Shown piece after piece: positions 1 to 11,339 of a stretch of DNA of 64,000 nt. The number at the start of each line of letters is the position of its first letter. Positions within the stretch are counted from its first letter, which is position 1. The notes beneath the pieces are model-generated. The model was not told the origin of the DNA and did not search any database. It saw nothing but the letters and a program-made list of their open reading frames with translations. The position numbers and the translations under genes were made by a program. Source of the stretch: Pelomyxa schiedti (lineage: Eukaryota; Protista; Evosea); assembly GCA_020536535.1 (NCBI GenBank), contig JAHLWZ010000714.1:42167-106166 (forward strand), written 5' to 3'.

Positions 1-1467
1 CCAGCATCCCAGATATTCTGTGATTGTTCACTAATCTTTTCATTCGCCTCACATGTTGCACGAAGGAGTTTTCTTCCAATTTCCTTCATATTTTATCAAT
101 GGAGATGGGCAATTTAATTGGAGAACCTGTAAATCGTTGACACGTTCTGTTCTATCGGGAATATACTGCATGACACCGTCAATGGCATTTCTTGCTGCTT
201 TAAATGCACGCTCCCCCCAATTGCACCCATCTGCTATTGCTATGAGTGCTCTATTTTCGTATAAAATCGCACAAAAACTATCTTTTGGTGCATGGCATAG
301 AGTAAGTTTAGAGAAAGTGCCCATTGAGACGGCCTACCCGCATTAGGTTCACCATCACGAATTTGTACACCAGGGCGTGTTGTAACAAGTGGATATGTTG
401 ATACACTGCGGGCACATAGCATAGGTAAATTCACATATTCTGACCGATACTCTACCCGACTGCATAGGCACATATTATCGAGAGAGTATGTTAGTTTGTT
501 ATTTTACCTCCAATTACCACAAAAGAAGATTTCCCACAATATGGTATTAGAAAACTACACTGCCACGCCATAAAACCAACCTTGGTCCTTTGACAGCCTC
601 GACCCTAGCACGAGGCAGCCCCATATAGAACTTGGCAGCCACGTGCATAATAACACCCCGGTCGTCCCTGACCGTGGAGCTTGTCTCGGCAGCCGCGGCG
701 GTAGCCATCTCGGCCCAGGGGCCCCACGCCCCCACCGCCCCCGTCCACGCCCCGTCGTGGCCGTGCGGGCACGAGAAGGACACGGAGGTGCACCGCGAGG
801 ACGTGGACATCGACGAGCCCGGCGAGTCTGAGCGAGGGCAGGCGGCGGTGGCCGAGGCCGAGGACGGGGGCGCAGCCGCAGCGAGGGTGACGTGGACGTG
901 CGAGGGGGGCGGCGGGTACGACACGCAGAAGCAGCCGCACACGGGGCACCGAGGGGCCGCGGCCGTCGTGGCCGTGGACGAGGAAGACCACGAGAGCCTC
1001 CGCTGGAGCTGCTGCTGCTGCTGCTGCTGCTCCACGGGGGCCAGCGGCGGCGTCGTGGTGCGGGCCGAGGACGAGGGCGGGGAGCGAGGCGACGGCGGGC
1101 CGTTGTAGTCCGCGGGCGGCGAGGGCGACGCCGCCGACGAGGTCGATGTGGTGCAGGTCGTGGTCGTGGTGGCGAGCGAGATGTAGGGGCTCGACGTCGT
1201 GAGCCCGCTGCAGTTTGCGTCCGCGATGCTGTTGTGGGCGTACGCGGCTGCCTGGTGCGCCGTGCTTGGCACCGAGGACATGGACATTGCCGGCCTGTGG
1301 CCGTGCGGCCTGGCCGCCGTGGTGTTGGTCCTCTGGTACTGGTACTGCCTCTGGTTTTGCTGCAGTTGCTGCTGTATTTGTTGTGGCACTGTTGGGGTTG
1401 CTGACGGGGATATCGAGGGTGTTGGTACTACTACCTGGGGTGGCGGTGGTGCTGCTGTACCACTCAT
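1..1467 (-). CDS. PP2C-like (PPM/SpoIIE-type) domain protein, CG9801-like; 3' end runs off the window
   Basis: Low-complexity GC-rich first exon (ATG 1467), then spliced exons containing RSVSTYP, RDGEPNAD-like and IAIADGCNWGERAFKAARNA motifs typical of this PP2C-like family. Confidence 0.7.
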
Positions 1468-1799
1468 TTTTTTTCCCTCTTTGATGGTGGGTGATGGGTG
1501 TCGTTGGTGTGTTGTAGTGAAATTGGTCTTGTTTTTTGTTTTTTTTTTTTTTTTTCGTTTTCTCTTTCAGGGTTTTTTCTTCACGTTGTGCCGCCGGCCT
1601 CGGGTGCCGAAAAAAGGTGTTTTTGGCCGAAAATTACCAATTTAATACGTTAGGCGAAGGGGACGTGCTTTGAATTGTGGTGAAGTTCTCCTTTGTTTGT
1701 CTTAGTGTGCCTTTCTGTGTGTTGTTGGGTTTTGGAATTTCTTGTCTGTTGGCAACTGGGGAGGTGCTTGGGGTTGCAAGTTTTGGATACAAGCCACTT

Positions 1800-4455
1800 T
1801 TACAATGTTCTGGTCTCTTGGGTGAGGTCTGCTAGGGGAACTAATTGCTCTTTTCCTTCCCTAGTATCACGGTGATAAACATGTTTTGGAAGTCCGCGGT
1901 GTCTGCCTGAACAAAGCATTAGTATCACCACTAGAACCCTTGTGGGGGAATCAGAACTCACCCATCATCATTACTGTCATGAGAATGAATTTGGAACATA
2001 TTCCTAGAACCCCGGAGTATGAGTACGGAACCCCAGGATAGCCAACAGATAGCCCTACTGTGCCATAGGCAGAGGTAACTTCAAAGATAATTTTAAATAT
2101 GCTGGCAATCTCCGGGTCAGTGCTTGAACATTCAAAAGCGGCAATGATGAAGATCGCCAGGTACAACCACCTTTAGAATGTTATCCAAAATAAGCAGGGA
2201 AATTTTAAAAGTACAAGAACGGATGAAAGGCAACATCAGTAAGGTATCTGCAAAGGGTCTTCAATTTAGAGTAGGGTGCTGTAGACTGTCGGGCTTCGTT
2301 TTTTATTTCTTCCTCACGGTACTTGCGAACATCTTTGGAAAGTAAATCATTCGATAAAGTGATTAGACAGCACATGCTATAGGGTATGCACTGATAAACA
2401 TTGACTTAATATATCTTTTTTGTGGTGTTAAAAGGCAGAAAAAGTTGTAAAGTACCTACATCCACAATAGAGGATCCTGCAAGGCGTCCATATCTGTAAT
2501 TTTTTGTTGGATTGGAAAAGTAATCAAAAGGACATACTAAGAAGTGAAAAGCCTGCTGTTCTCGAACACACTGTATTTCCGAATTTCAGAATACAAAATG
2601 ACAAGGCGGTACATGCCACTGAGAAAAAATCCATCCAACCACCGGCATGAATATTGAGAGTTCCACTGAAACCCAATAAAAGCCACTGTATCAGTGACAT
2701 TAAGAACACCAAATACAATCATCAAGATTTTGGTATGAATGCCAGGGAATATATGCAAAGAACAACGAGTGGGTTCTGTAAGAACATCTGACAAAATTAG
2801 GTAATTAAAGGGGTTTTAAGAGGCAACATCTTAGTGGCTGTTCATATTTGGGGAGTTTCCTTTCGTATGTAAAATTTCTCGTTAACCAGACAGCAAAACG
2901 AATTCCGAGTGGGAGCATTGTATTTCCAGCACAAATAAGAAAACTGAGAGTCAGCAATATTGTGTAGTCCGTTTGAAATGGTGCCATTCCATCTTGAAAG
3001 ATGGCAAATCCAGCCTATTAGAACACTTAGTATTTATTGGATATCGACAAGAATACATTATTGAATGCAGAAAAGCAGTGAAACGCACTCCACCACCAGC
3101 AATTTACGTTTCTCTGTTGCATCAACTCATATTTTGAAGAAAACCGAAGATAAAATCCCATTATGAGGAAGCATATAGTTTGCAGTCCCCATTGATATCC
3201 AATCTGCCAAGTTGTGAGGCAAATAAACACTTGAGCCCTCTTACAATTACAAAAATCAATCGCTTCAGAGCTTGCCGCTCCATATTGTAATCATGCAAAA
3301 AAAGATTTGTTTCAGATTTTCTAGATCTTGGCACATTGATAAGAGTTTCACTTTCGTCACTCTCATCATCGCAAGCCGTTACAGCAATTTCGCTTGCACG
3401 CCTTCATTACTGATTTAGAGATTGTCAAAAATATGGGGTGAATAAAGAAAAAAACTGGGAAGGAAAAAGGGTAAGAACCAACTGTGTGTGTTTTTGCCAG
3501 ATTGATCTCACTCGAAAATAACGTAACACAGTGACAGTAAGGCAGGTGCACGTACATACACCGCATATTTGCGTTAAACAAACTAATATGGCCTGCAGTT
3601 AAGTGCCTCAGTTTCCAGACTCAAGTGTGAAGGTGTGTTAAAGAGAAGAAGAGCACCAGGGAGGGTATTGTCCAGGCAGAAATATCCACAGATGTCAACC
3701 CTGTACAAGTAACAGCTGACATAGTTTGATAAATAGCATCAATTACAGAGAGATCTATTGGAATTAAGGGTGGTGTGGGTATAAAATGAGACAAGTACCG
3801 TCATGTCCCATTGTTTTCTCTAAAATAAATATAGCAGTTGCGCCAATGATGGCACAGGACAGGATAAACGTTACATGCAAAGGTAAGAAGTTTGTCACCC
3901 ACGAGAGGAACCTTTTTCCCAACTTCCCACAACAATTTCGGAGCTTCGCCTTGCACCCCCGATTTTTCTTCCTCACCATCATTAGAATGTCCTCTCCATC
4001 TTCCTCATCATACTTCCTACTGCATCTTCGGCTATCTGCCACCCTACTACCCACTTCTTTTTTCCTCTTCTTGGGTTTCTTCCCGTCAGAGTGACTATCT
4101 CCCCCAATCTCGTCTCCCTCAGTATCACTCTTGAACAATTCATCCTCAAACTCGCTGCTCTTCCAGCCTGGTTGAAATGGGGCACTTGGTGAAAATGCAG
4201 GAACTGACATTGGGGGTACTGAAGTGCCCGAACTACTAAATAGCCTCGATGTCACAGGTGACTGTGGTGGAAACATCTTGTTTGTGATGCTGCTTTTCTT
4301 CTTTGGTTCCTTATTTGCACCAACAGAGTCTCCTTCAACAGGGACTGGTGCAAAATCCTCATCCAAACTGTTTGAAGTCATAAAAAAAACGTGAAAAACA
4401 AAGAAATGACAAAACAAATTTGATTAAAAAAACACCTCTGGATGTCGTTACGCAT
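1800..4455 (-). CDS. Trk/HKT-type (TrkH family) K+/cation transporter, multi-exon
   Basis: After splicing, four pore-loop motifs (SAVTCTGL, SAFNNAGF, SRTAGF, EVTSAYGTVGLS), all with Gly, plus C-terminal GRHRGLP; ATG 4455, TAA 1800-1802. Confidence 0.9.
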
Positions 4456-4572
4456 TTTTTTCCCCCTTCTCGTGCCCCCAAACAAACGAAAAGGGAGAAA
4501 AAAAGATCAGATATTTCGAAACCTCAAAAAAATGAAGAGCTTCGGGTTATTGTGATTAGATGAAAATGACAA

Positions 4573-6278
4573 TCAGAGTGCTTTGTTGATGATGCCGACA
4601 AGGGTCTCAGCTGGAAGAACAATGGTATTGCCTTTCATACTACTGGAATTAGAGGCCTTGGGTATCAGTGCCGGAATGGCTGAAGCTTGTAGACCCAATT
4701 GTGAGAGTGTTGGTACCTGAGAGAGGGATTTTTCATGTGAGCGCATGGTGGGGTTAGAAAAAGATATAATAGGTGGATTGGGTAGTGAGTAGCTTACTGC
4801 AAGGTTGCGGCACAAGTCCTTGAGCCATTGGATGGAGTCTCTGATGGAAGCGGATGGATTCCCCGTTAGCATGACTGCCAATTCAGTGTACCTGAAGTGT
4901 GTGAGAAGTGATGAATTACGCATCACTTACAAACCTGGATATGTAGGTGGTGGCAATTTTATCTGTGGGTGGAAGAGCTGCGAGAGCATCGATGTTGGCT
5001 TCTATGACATGTGGCAACAACGAGCCGCACAGAGCCCCGTGCGGTGCGTGTTCCAGCATCCCACCAAGAGGTCCCGCAAAGCCATGAACAGCACCCAGTT
5101 TTGCGTTCGCGAGTGCCATTCCTCCCATTACACTTGTCACACACATATCCTCTCTGGCAGCGAGATTTGTTGGGTTCTGGTATGCAATTAAAAGTGATCG
5201 AGCAGCTCGCTTGATTCCTGGTAAAAGATGGTTGACTCCCCAAATCATAATTTTAAATCATACCTTCTCGGCACAAGGCATCTACAATTGGATTTGGTTT
5301 GTTGCAAACAAATGGTTCGATAACTTGTGTCAACGCATCCATTCCTTTGAAGAGGTCAAAGGGATTGCGGAGGTGACTGTTCTACCAGTAGAGGCTGTCA
5401 CGAAAGGGGGAAGCGAAACCGTCAGTTCTGGGTCGATAATGGCAACTTGTGGGAGCAAGAAATTGTGCCTTAAGCTGACCTGTGAGTGGAAAATAAGTTA
5501 GTAATTTAAAATGAGGCACAATTTCGTCTCCACTTTCCGTGGAACAGGATTAAACCTTGACAGAGTGGGCTGGACTGCACAAGACAGCATTTTTTGTTAC
5601 CTGGTAACCAGCGTTAGCTCATTTACTTAGCACTATAAGGCCTTTGTCTTCAAAAACTCACTTCAGCACCAGTGCCAGCTGTTGTTGGAATTGCAATGCA
5701 AGGAAGAGCAGGCTTTGTGAGGGGTTTCCCAAGGCCAATAACTTCAAGGTAATTCATTATGTCACCACCTGTAATTCAACTCAGAGGTGTGGTTGCCTAT
5801 TGAACACTACCATTTGTAACAAGGGCAGAAACAGCCTTGGCAGTATCCATTACACTTCCACCACCAAAACCAATGACAAGTTGTGCATCCAGAGTTCTGG
5901 CCATCTTAAAATTATAAGATTGATCAACTACTATCAGACGATATACCTGCACACCTTGTGCCACAACGTCAACAGTGGGTTCTGCTTGCACAATAAACTC
6001 CTCAATAGTCATGGACTGTGCCTTGAGCCGTTCAATCAACAATCCAGCTGAACAAACCAAAATCAATAAAAAAAAGAATAAGATATAATGGAAATGCACG
6101 AGGGGAGGTCGAATTCACAAGTGGCAAATAAAAAGTAAGGGGTTTCGGTACCAGCAGGTGTCCCACAATGCACAACAAGAGCTCGGTCGCCAAAGGACTT
6201 GGCGGTTGTTGGCACAGTGCGTACTACTCCACACCCGAACACAACACGCCCACACCCGAACTCAAACCCCTCAATCAT
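4573..6278 (-). CDS. Iron-containing alcohol dehydrogenase (Fe-ADH family), multi-exon
   Basis: Motifs GFGGGSVMDTAKA, IPTTAGTGAEVT, IIDPELT, GMDALTQ, GAVHGFAGPLGG, APHG. Confidence 0.93.
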
Positions 6279-6972
6279 CAAGAGCTAGTAATCACAACTA
6301 TTCTGATTGTTGTACCAACGGGGCCTACAGCATGGCAATTATCAAAAAGCAACCGTCCATTGCTCTCCCAGTCCCTCCGCCCTGTGTCTCCGATGAACAA
6401 GAATTTCTCTTCTTTTTTCAGTGTACAGTGCTATCGACAGGGGCCTTTTGTGGGGGCAGGGGCGAGGGTGAGGGCGTGGGTAGAACCCTGTGGTGGTGTG
6501 TTTTTTGTTGACTGTGGGGGAGTCGGTCATGGTGCAGCATGATCTGTCGTGGTCAACCTCAAGCTCGATTCTTGGCCAGGGGGGAATGTGATTTGGTTGT
6601 CCTCCTGACTATGGAAGCCCCACCTTTTGGTTTCATCGGTTTTTTTCCATTTGGGTGACCATTATGCATGGAATTGAACAACACCAGTTCTTGGTAATAT
6701 GTGTCTTTTTCCACAAGAATATATGTATAAATAATGTATTCAATCCTCATTGAAATAAAACCATGCTTTTCTTTCCCAGATACTCCCATCCCCTTTCCTC
6801 CCTAAGTAGCAAGAGAAAAGAAGAGATAGTGGTGTTTGTTTGTCTAAGGTGCACCAACACATTCCTCCACCAATGCACCACAGTCACTGCCACACCCACA
6901 CTCAGTGATCCCCACTCAGCAACACCCAGACCTTCGCCGAAAATTCGACAGTCAAAACACCAGAATGGCGCA

Positions 6973-7052
6973 ATAAAATAATCAACGCACCGGAACGCTG
7001 TCATTTTCGGCATCATCGCTCAGGATCGGTGTTTTTTTTTATTCAGCCAAAT
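6973..7052 (-). repeat. Solo copy of the transposon-end / MITE repeat family, immediately upstream of ATG 7058
   Basis: ataaaataatcaacgcaccggaacgctgtcattttc...gctcaggatcggtgttttttttttattcagccaaat matches 36850-36910 and 41980-42066. Confidence 0.85.
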
Positions 7053-7057
7053 AAAAC

Positions 7058-8229
7058 ATGGCATTGTCGATTGGTGTGCGGTGTTGCGCCCATTTGCTGT
7101 CTGTGGCAGTGCACCCGCTCGCCGCGTTCGAGTCCCTCATGTCCGACCCATCTCGCACGCGGTCCTCCGCCCTCGCCGTAGTCTCCAACGCCTGCGCCTA
7201 CGCCGTCACCCTGGCCCTCATGGCCATCGCCCACACCCTCGCGGCCCCCGCCGCCCCCTCCTCCCCCTTCCCCCCGCCCGACCCGGGCATCGACGTCGAC
7301 GTCGACTTTGCCGACGCGGCCTCGCTGCTCGCCCCGGCCGCGGCGGCCCCGCGCTCCAGCGCCTACTGGCGCAGCGCCTGCGCCGTCGTGCCCGTGTTCG
7401 CCGCGGCGTGGATCGTCGCCAGCGTCGCCGCGCGCACCGGCGCCCTGCTGTTCCTCCCGCGCGACGGCGCGGCGATCCTCAGGCGGGCCTCCCCCGCCGC
7501 CGGCGGCTCCGTGCTGCCCGTGGGCGACGCCATGGCCTGCGTGGGCTACGCCCTGGTCGTGCCCACCGCCCTCGTGCTCATGGCGCCGGACTTTGTGGCT
7601 TCGCTGGCGTGTGCCCTTGGGCTTGCGTCTGTGGACGACTGGGACTTCCGCCAGATGGCGGCGTCGCCCTCGGCCGGGGACGCGGACGGGCTCGATGTGG
7701 AGCCCGACGTGCCGGTGCTGTCGCTGCCTGTGGTGCTCGTGATCGTGCACACTGTGTGGTGTGTGGCGCTGCTTGGTTGTGCGATCAGTGCATTCAGTAG
7801 GAAGATGGTGAGGGCATTCCCTCAGGGGGCCATGATTGGGCTCGTGACGTTGGTCTTGTTTGAGGCCACTTTGTACCCCTTCATCACCCTGTAGCTACAA
7901 AAAATGCTTTTTTTTTCCCGCGCATGTGGTTTATGGAAACATAGAGCAAGGGGATGCAGGGTACGGCTCTTGTTCTTGAACAAACGAGTTTCTGTGACCC
8001 TGATACTATGCTTGAAATAACAACATATTTGGTTGGGTATTATGAAGGTCAGGAGGACTGAGGAGACAGTGTAACATTTGTTGTAGATGATGGCGTGAGC
8101 AGCCACCATGTTTACAATCAAGTTTTTTTCTAAGTCGATTTTTTATAAAAGTCCCAATATTAAAAATAGTGAAAATTTCTTTCTTTTGTTTGGTTATCGT
8201 GGCAATTGCTGGCGTGGATGTTGGGTAGG
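7058..8229 (+). CDS. Hypothetical multi-pass membrane protein (3' exons uncertain)
   Basis: 278-aa GC-rich ORF with several hydrophobic segments, followed by probable short GT-AG introns; exact stop not resolved. Confidence 0.5.
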
Positions 8230-8511
8230 AAGGTGGTTCAAGCCAGAGTGAGCAGCAGGAAGATGGCAATAAGCCGGACTCGGCTGCACAAAACCACGTG
8301 AGTAAAAGAAAGAACACAAAAACAAACCTGAATGAGGTTAAGGATTGCTCTGGGAAAGTGAGAAGAAACGGGAAAGTCAGCAACACGAAGCCTCAACATA
8401 GTAACTGTCAGAAACACGTTAGTAATGAAAAATGAAACAGGGAACTACCTGCTGGGTCGATGCTACGGCATGGAATTGCAATTGGCGGAAAGAAAAAAAA
8501 AAAAAAGGAAA

Positions 8512-8665
8512 AGTGGGGCGCGGGAGCGACACGGCCAACCCAGGCCTTTTGGTCATAGCGGAAGACAGGACCAAGCCAAAGGGAGCCTAGTTCCCGTAGG
8601 TCTCCCTTGTGCGAGCTCGGTCCCAGCAGCCAGGCAGTTAACCAAATGTCGCTAGGCCCGACACT
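8512..8665 (-). ncRNA. Candidate structured ~155-nt rod-like noncoding RNA ending in a T-run
   Basis: Nested helices on the minus strand (AGUG/CACU, CGGG/CCCG, AGCGACA/UGUCGCU, GGUUAAC/GUUGGCC, GCCU/AGGC, GGGACCGAGC/GCUUGGUCCU, AAGGGAG/CUCCCUU, CCUA/UAGG) with several G-U pairs; followed by UUUUCC and a long U-run. Confidence 0.55.
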
Positions 8666-9116
8666 GGTACAAAAAAAAGGAAAAAAACGATAAAAATCGG
8701 TTTGTTCGCTGCATCGTCTTGTGGCGCACCTGTGGTGTTGTGAAAGTAAACATAATTATCACCCCCAGAAAAAAAAAAAGAAGGAAAAAAGCCGCAGTGT
8801 GCTGCAACGAAGACAGCTTGTGTTGTTCCCCCAACCACATCCTTCGCATTGTCGCAAAACCTCTTCGTAGTTCCGCATCGTAGTCTTCGTTGTGTTTTGT
8901 TTATTTTTTTTTATTTTGTAACCGGTCCTTTCCCCTGCTTATAAGTTGAGGGATTGCAACTGCTTTTGTCATTTTGAAGAATGTGGATACAAACACCGAA
9001 GCTCCGAAGGAGGACTGCGGTTCGCAAAAGGACAAGGAAATGGGTTCAAAGAATGGTATTATGTATGGTGACAAAAAATTCTTCTTCTTCGGCCAACACA
9101 ACACAAAACAACGACG

Positions 9117-11130
9117 ATGCGAGGCACAGAGGAGGAGGGAGCTTTGACAGCCGACGTGACCTCGTGGCAATGCTGCCCAATCGACAACGAGCCGTTCTTC
9201 TGCAGGGTGACTGGAACCGGGTCCTGGAACGAGCTCTTGCACAGTAACCACGTTGCCACGCTCATCGTTAAGAAGAGGTGCCCAAAGGAGGCAACAGAAG
9301 CGCAGGCTCGCTTTTGGCAACAGCAGAGCCTCAGCACCGAGTATCGGAAGAGGCACAGGTACCACAAGGTGGGTGAGGAGGCATTCACGGCCTTGCAGAG
9401 GAACGGGGAGGTGCCTGAGGGCATCCCCCGTGACAGAGTGTGGGTGGCATGGTGCAGGTCGCATGAGCTGAACAAGAGGTATTCCTTCAAAGCCATTTGC
9501 AAACGACTCGGCCGGGACCCAGTCACAGGAAAAATGGCTGTGGTGTGTAGAGTGGTGGAAGTGGGGTGTTGTGGTTTCCTCCTGATTGCAGAGCAGTCTT
9601 CTCTCATCTCATCTCCTCTCTCGCGTACTCCCCCTTGTCTGTTTGTAACTTCATTGACAGAAGAGAAACGCCCAAGTACCAACAGAAGAAGAAGATGGTG
9701 ATGGTGAAGAGCAAGAATGTTACAGTAGTGACCAGGAGGAGGAGGACGATGATTACAACCTTGCGCCAGAGGAAGATTCCTCCAGCCGTCCGCACCAAGA
9801 CCCGTCCTTGAAGTGGGAACTGAGCAGCAGAATACCAGTCATTCTCGAGGGTGACCTCATTCCACCACCAAAGGTACTTCTTTGCTTGTTACTTTCTCCA
9901 TTCCGCATCCATCCATCATCAGCCCCCAATCTTGTCTGATGCTGAGAACTGGGGATTGGCTCTCGATTTGTCACAGATCAAGGACACGGTTCGTTTCGTT
10001 CACACCCGCACTTCAATTCCCTTTCTCTCTCTCCCTTCCCCCACTTGCATCACTCTCACAGGAGGATGATTCTGAGGGAGAAGGCAACACTTCCACAGAG
10101 GAGACCCGGCAGCAAAATCCTGATGCAAAACCACACCACGATGTCGTACGCTTCCTCTCAGCCTGGAAAACGGTGTGTGTGTGCCCCGTGTGTCTCTTTC
10201 TGGATATCTCATAATTTTCAACAGATTTTGATGCTGTTGTCTCCTGTTGTGTTTGAGAGAATGAGGGGTGTGTGCAAGGGCCTCCTGGGGCTTGTGAAGT
10301 CTCTTGAGAGAATGTACTGGAGTTGGTTGCAATATGATTTCTGCAACTCCAGAGAACGCCAACGCTATGTGAGGGAGCAAAAGTATCCACCTGCCATGCG
10401 GGCCATAGAAATGGCAATCAACTGTTCCCCAATCTGCCTTGAGACAGTGCACGAACTCGAGGTATATGGAGGATTCATTGCCAAGCGGTTTGATATACAT
10501 TGCACCACCGGCCAAAAACCCACACCCGCGACACTTTGGCCAGCCATCATCAGCACAGTGGAAGGGGTCATGAGAGCCAACACCCGCCCAGACACCCAAC
10601 TCGTCGTGCACCACTGCCCCCAGGAAATGGTTGGCACCATCATCCACGCCGTGATGTCGATCCGGGAGCCCAGCAACATCAGCCTGCTCACCATCACCGG
10701 GGATGGCGAAATCACATTCCCCCCTGGGTTCCGCCATCTCCCGCCCGACTCCAAGAGGTGCCTGCCAAGAATAGAGCTCGAAGTAGACCACGACAGGTCA
10801 TGTTGCCCTAATTGCGACTCCCCCACAGTCCACAACAACAGCACACCAGCCGTGCCACCGTCGCAGGTCCACGACAAGCCCAAGACCCAGCCCGCCCCCG
10901 CTCGCACTTGCGCTCTGCCCTCCCGCACCAGTGCCCGCGCCCTCGCCGTCGCCCCTGCTCCTGCCCCAGCACTCGCCGTCAGCAACAGCAACAACGGCAC
11001 CAAGAGTGTCACAGTCACGGGGAAGAGATGGGCGCCGGGTACTCCCCCTCTTGTGCTCTTGCCCCCACCAACCACACCCACAAACGCTGTCCCTGTTGAA
11101 AACAATCGCCGACGTAGACTGGGGTGGTGA
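9117..11130 (+). CDS. Hypothetical protein, 5 exons, with an acidic linker
   Basis: ORFs 9117, 9661, 9922, 10062 and 10225 join in frame through GT-AG introns; no family recognised. Confidence 0.65.
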
Positions 11131-11339
11131 TGACTCCGCTCACAAATCCTTGTAAAAAAAAAAAAAGTAGAAAAGACTGGCGGCCGTTGACTTCCTTTCT
11201 CAACCAATAACAGTATTACAAAGAGAAAGGTAGGGCAACAAAAACAGGAAGACTTTAAAATTCACAGTGGTGATAGTTGTGGGACTGTTATCTCTATCTG
11301 TTGTAGAGACTATACAAAATGGTACACATGGGCGGTGTC

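Noticed and set aside
605-1645. Many overlapping or antisense ORFs here and in other GC-rich islands (7043-7800, 27034-27642, 45753-46623)
   Set aside because: Shadow ORFs caused by high GC and scarce stop codons.
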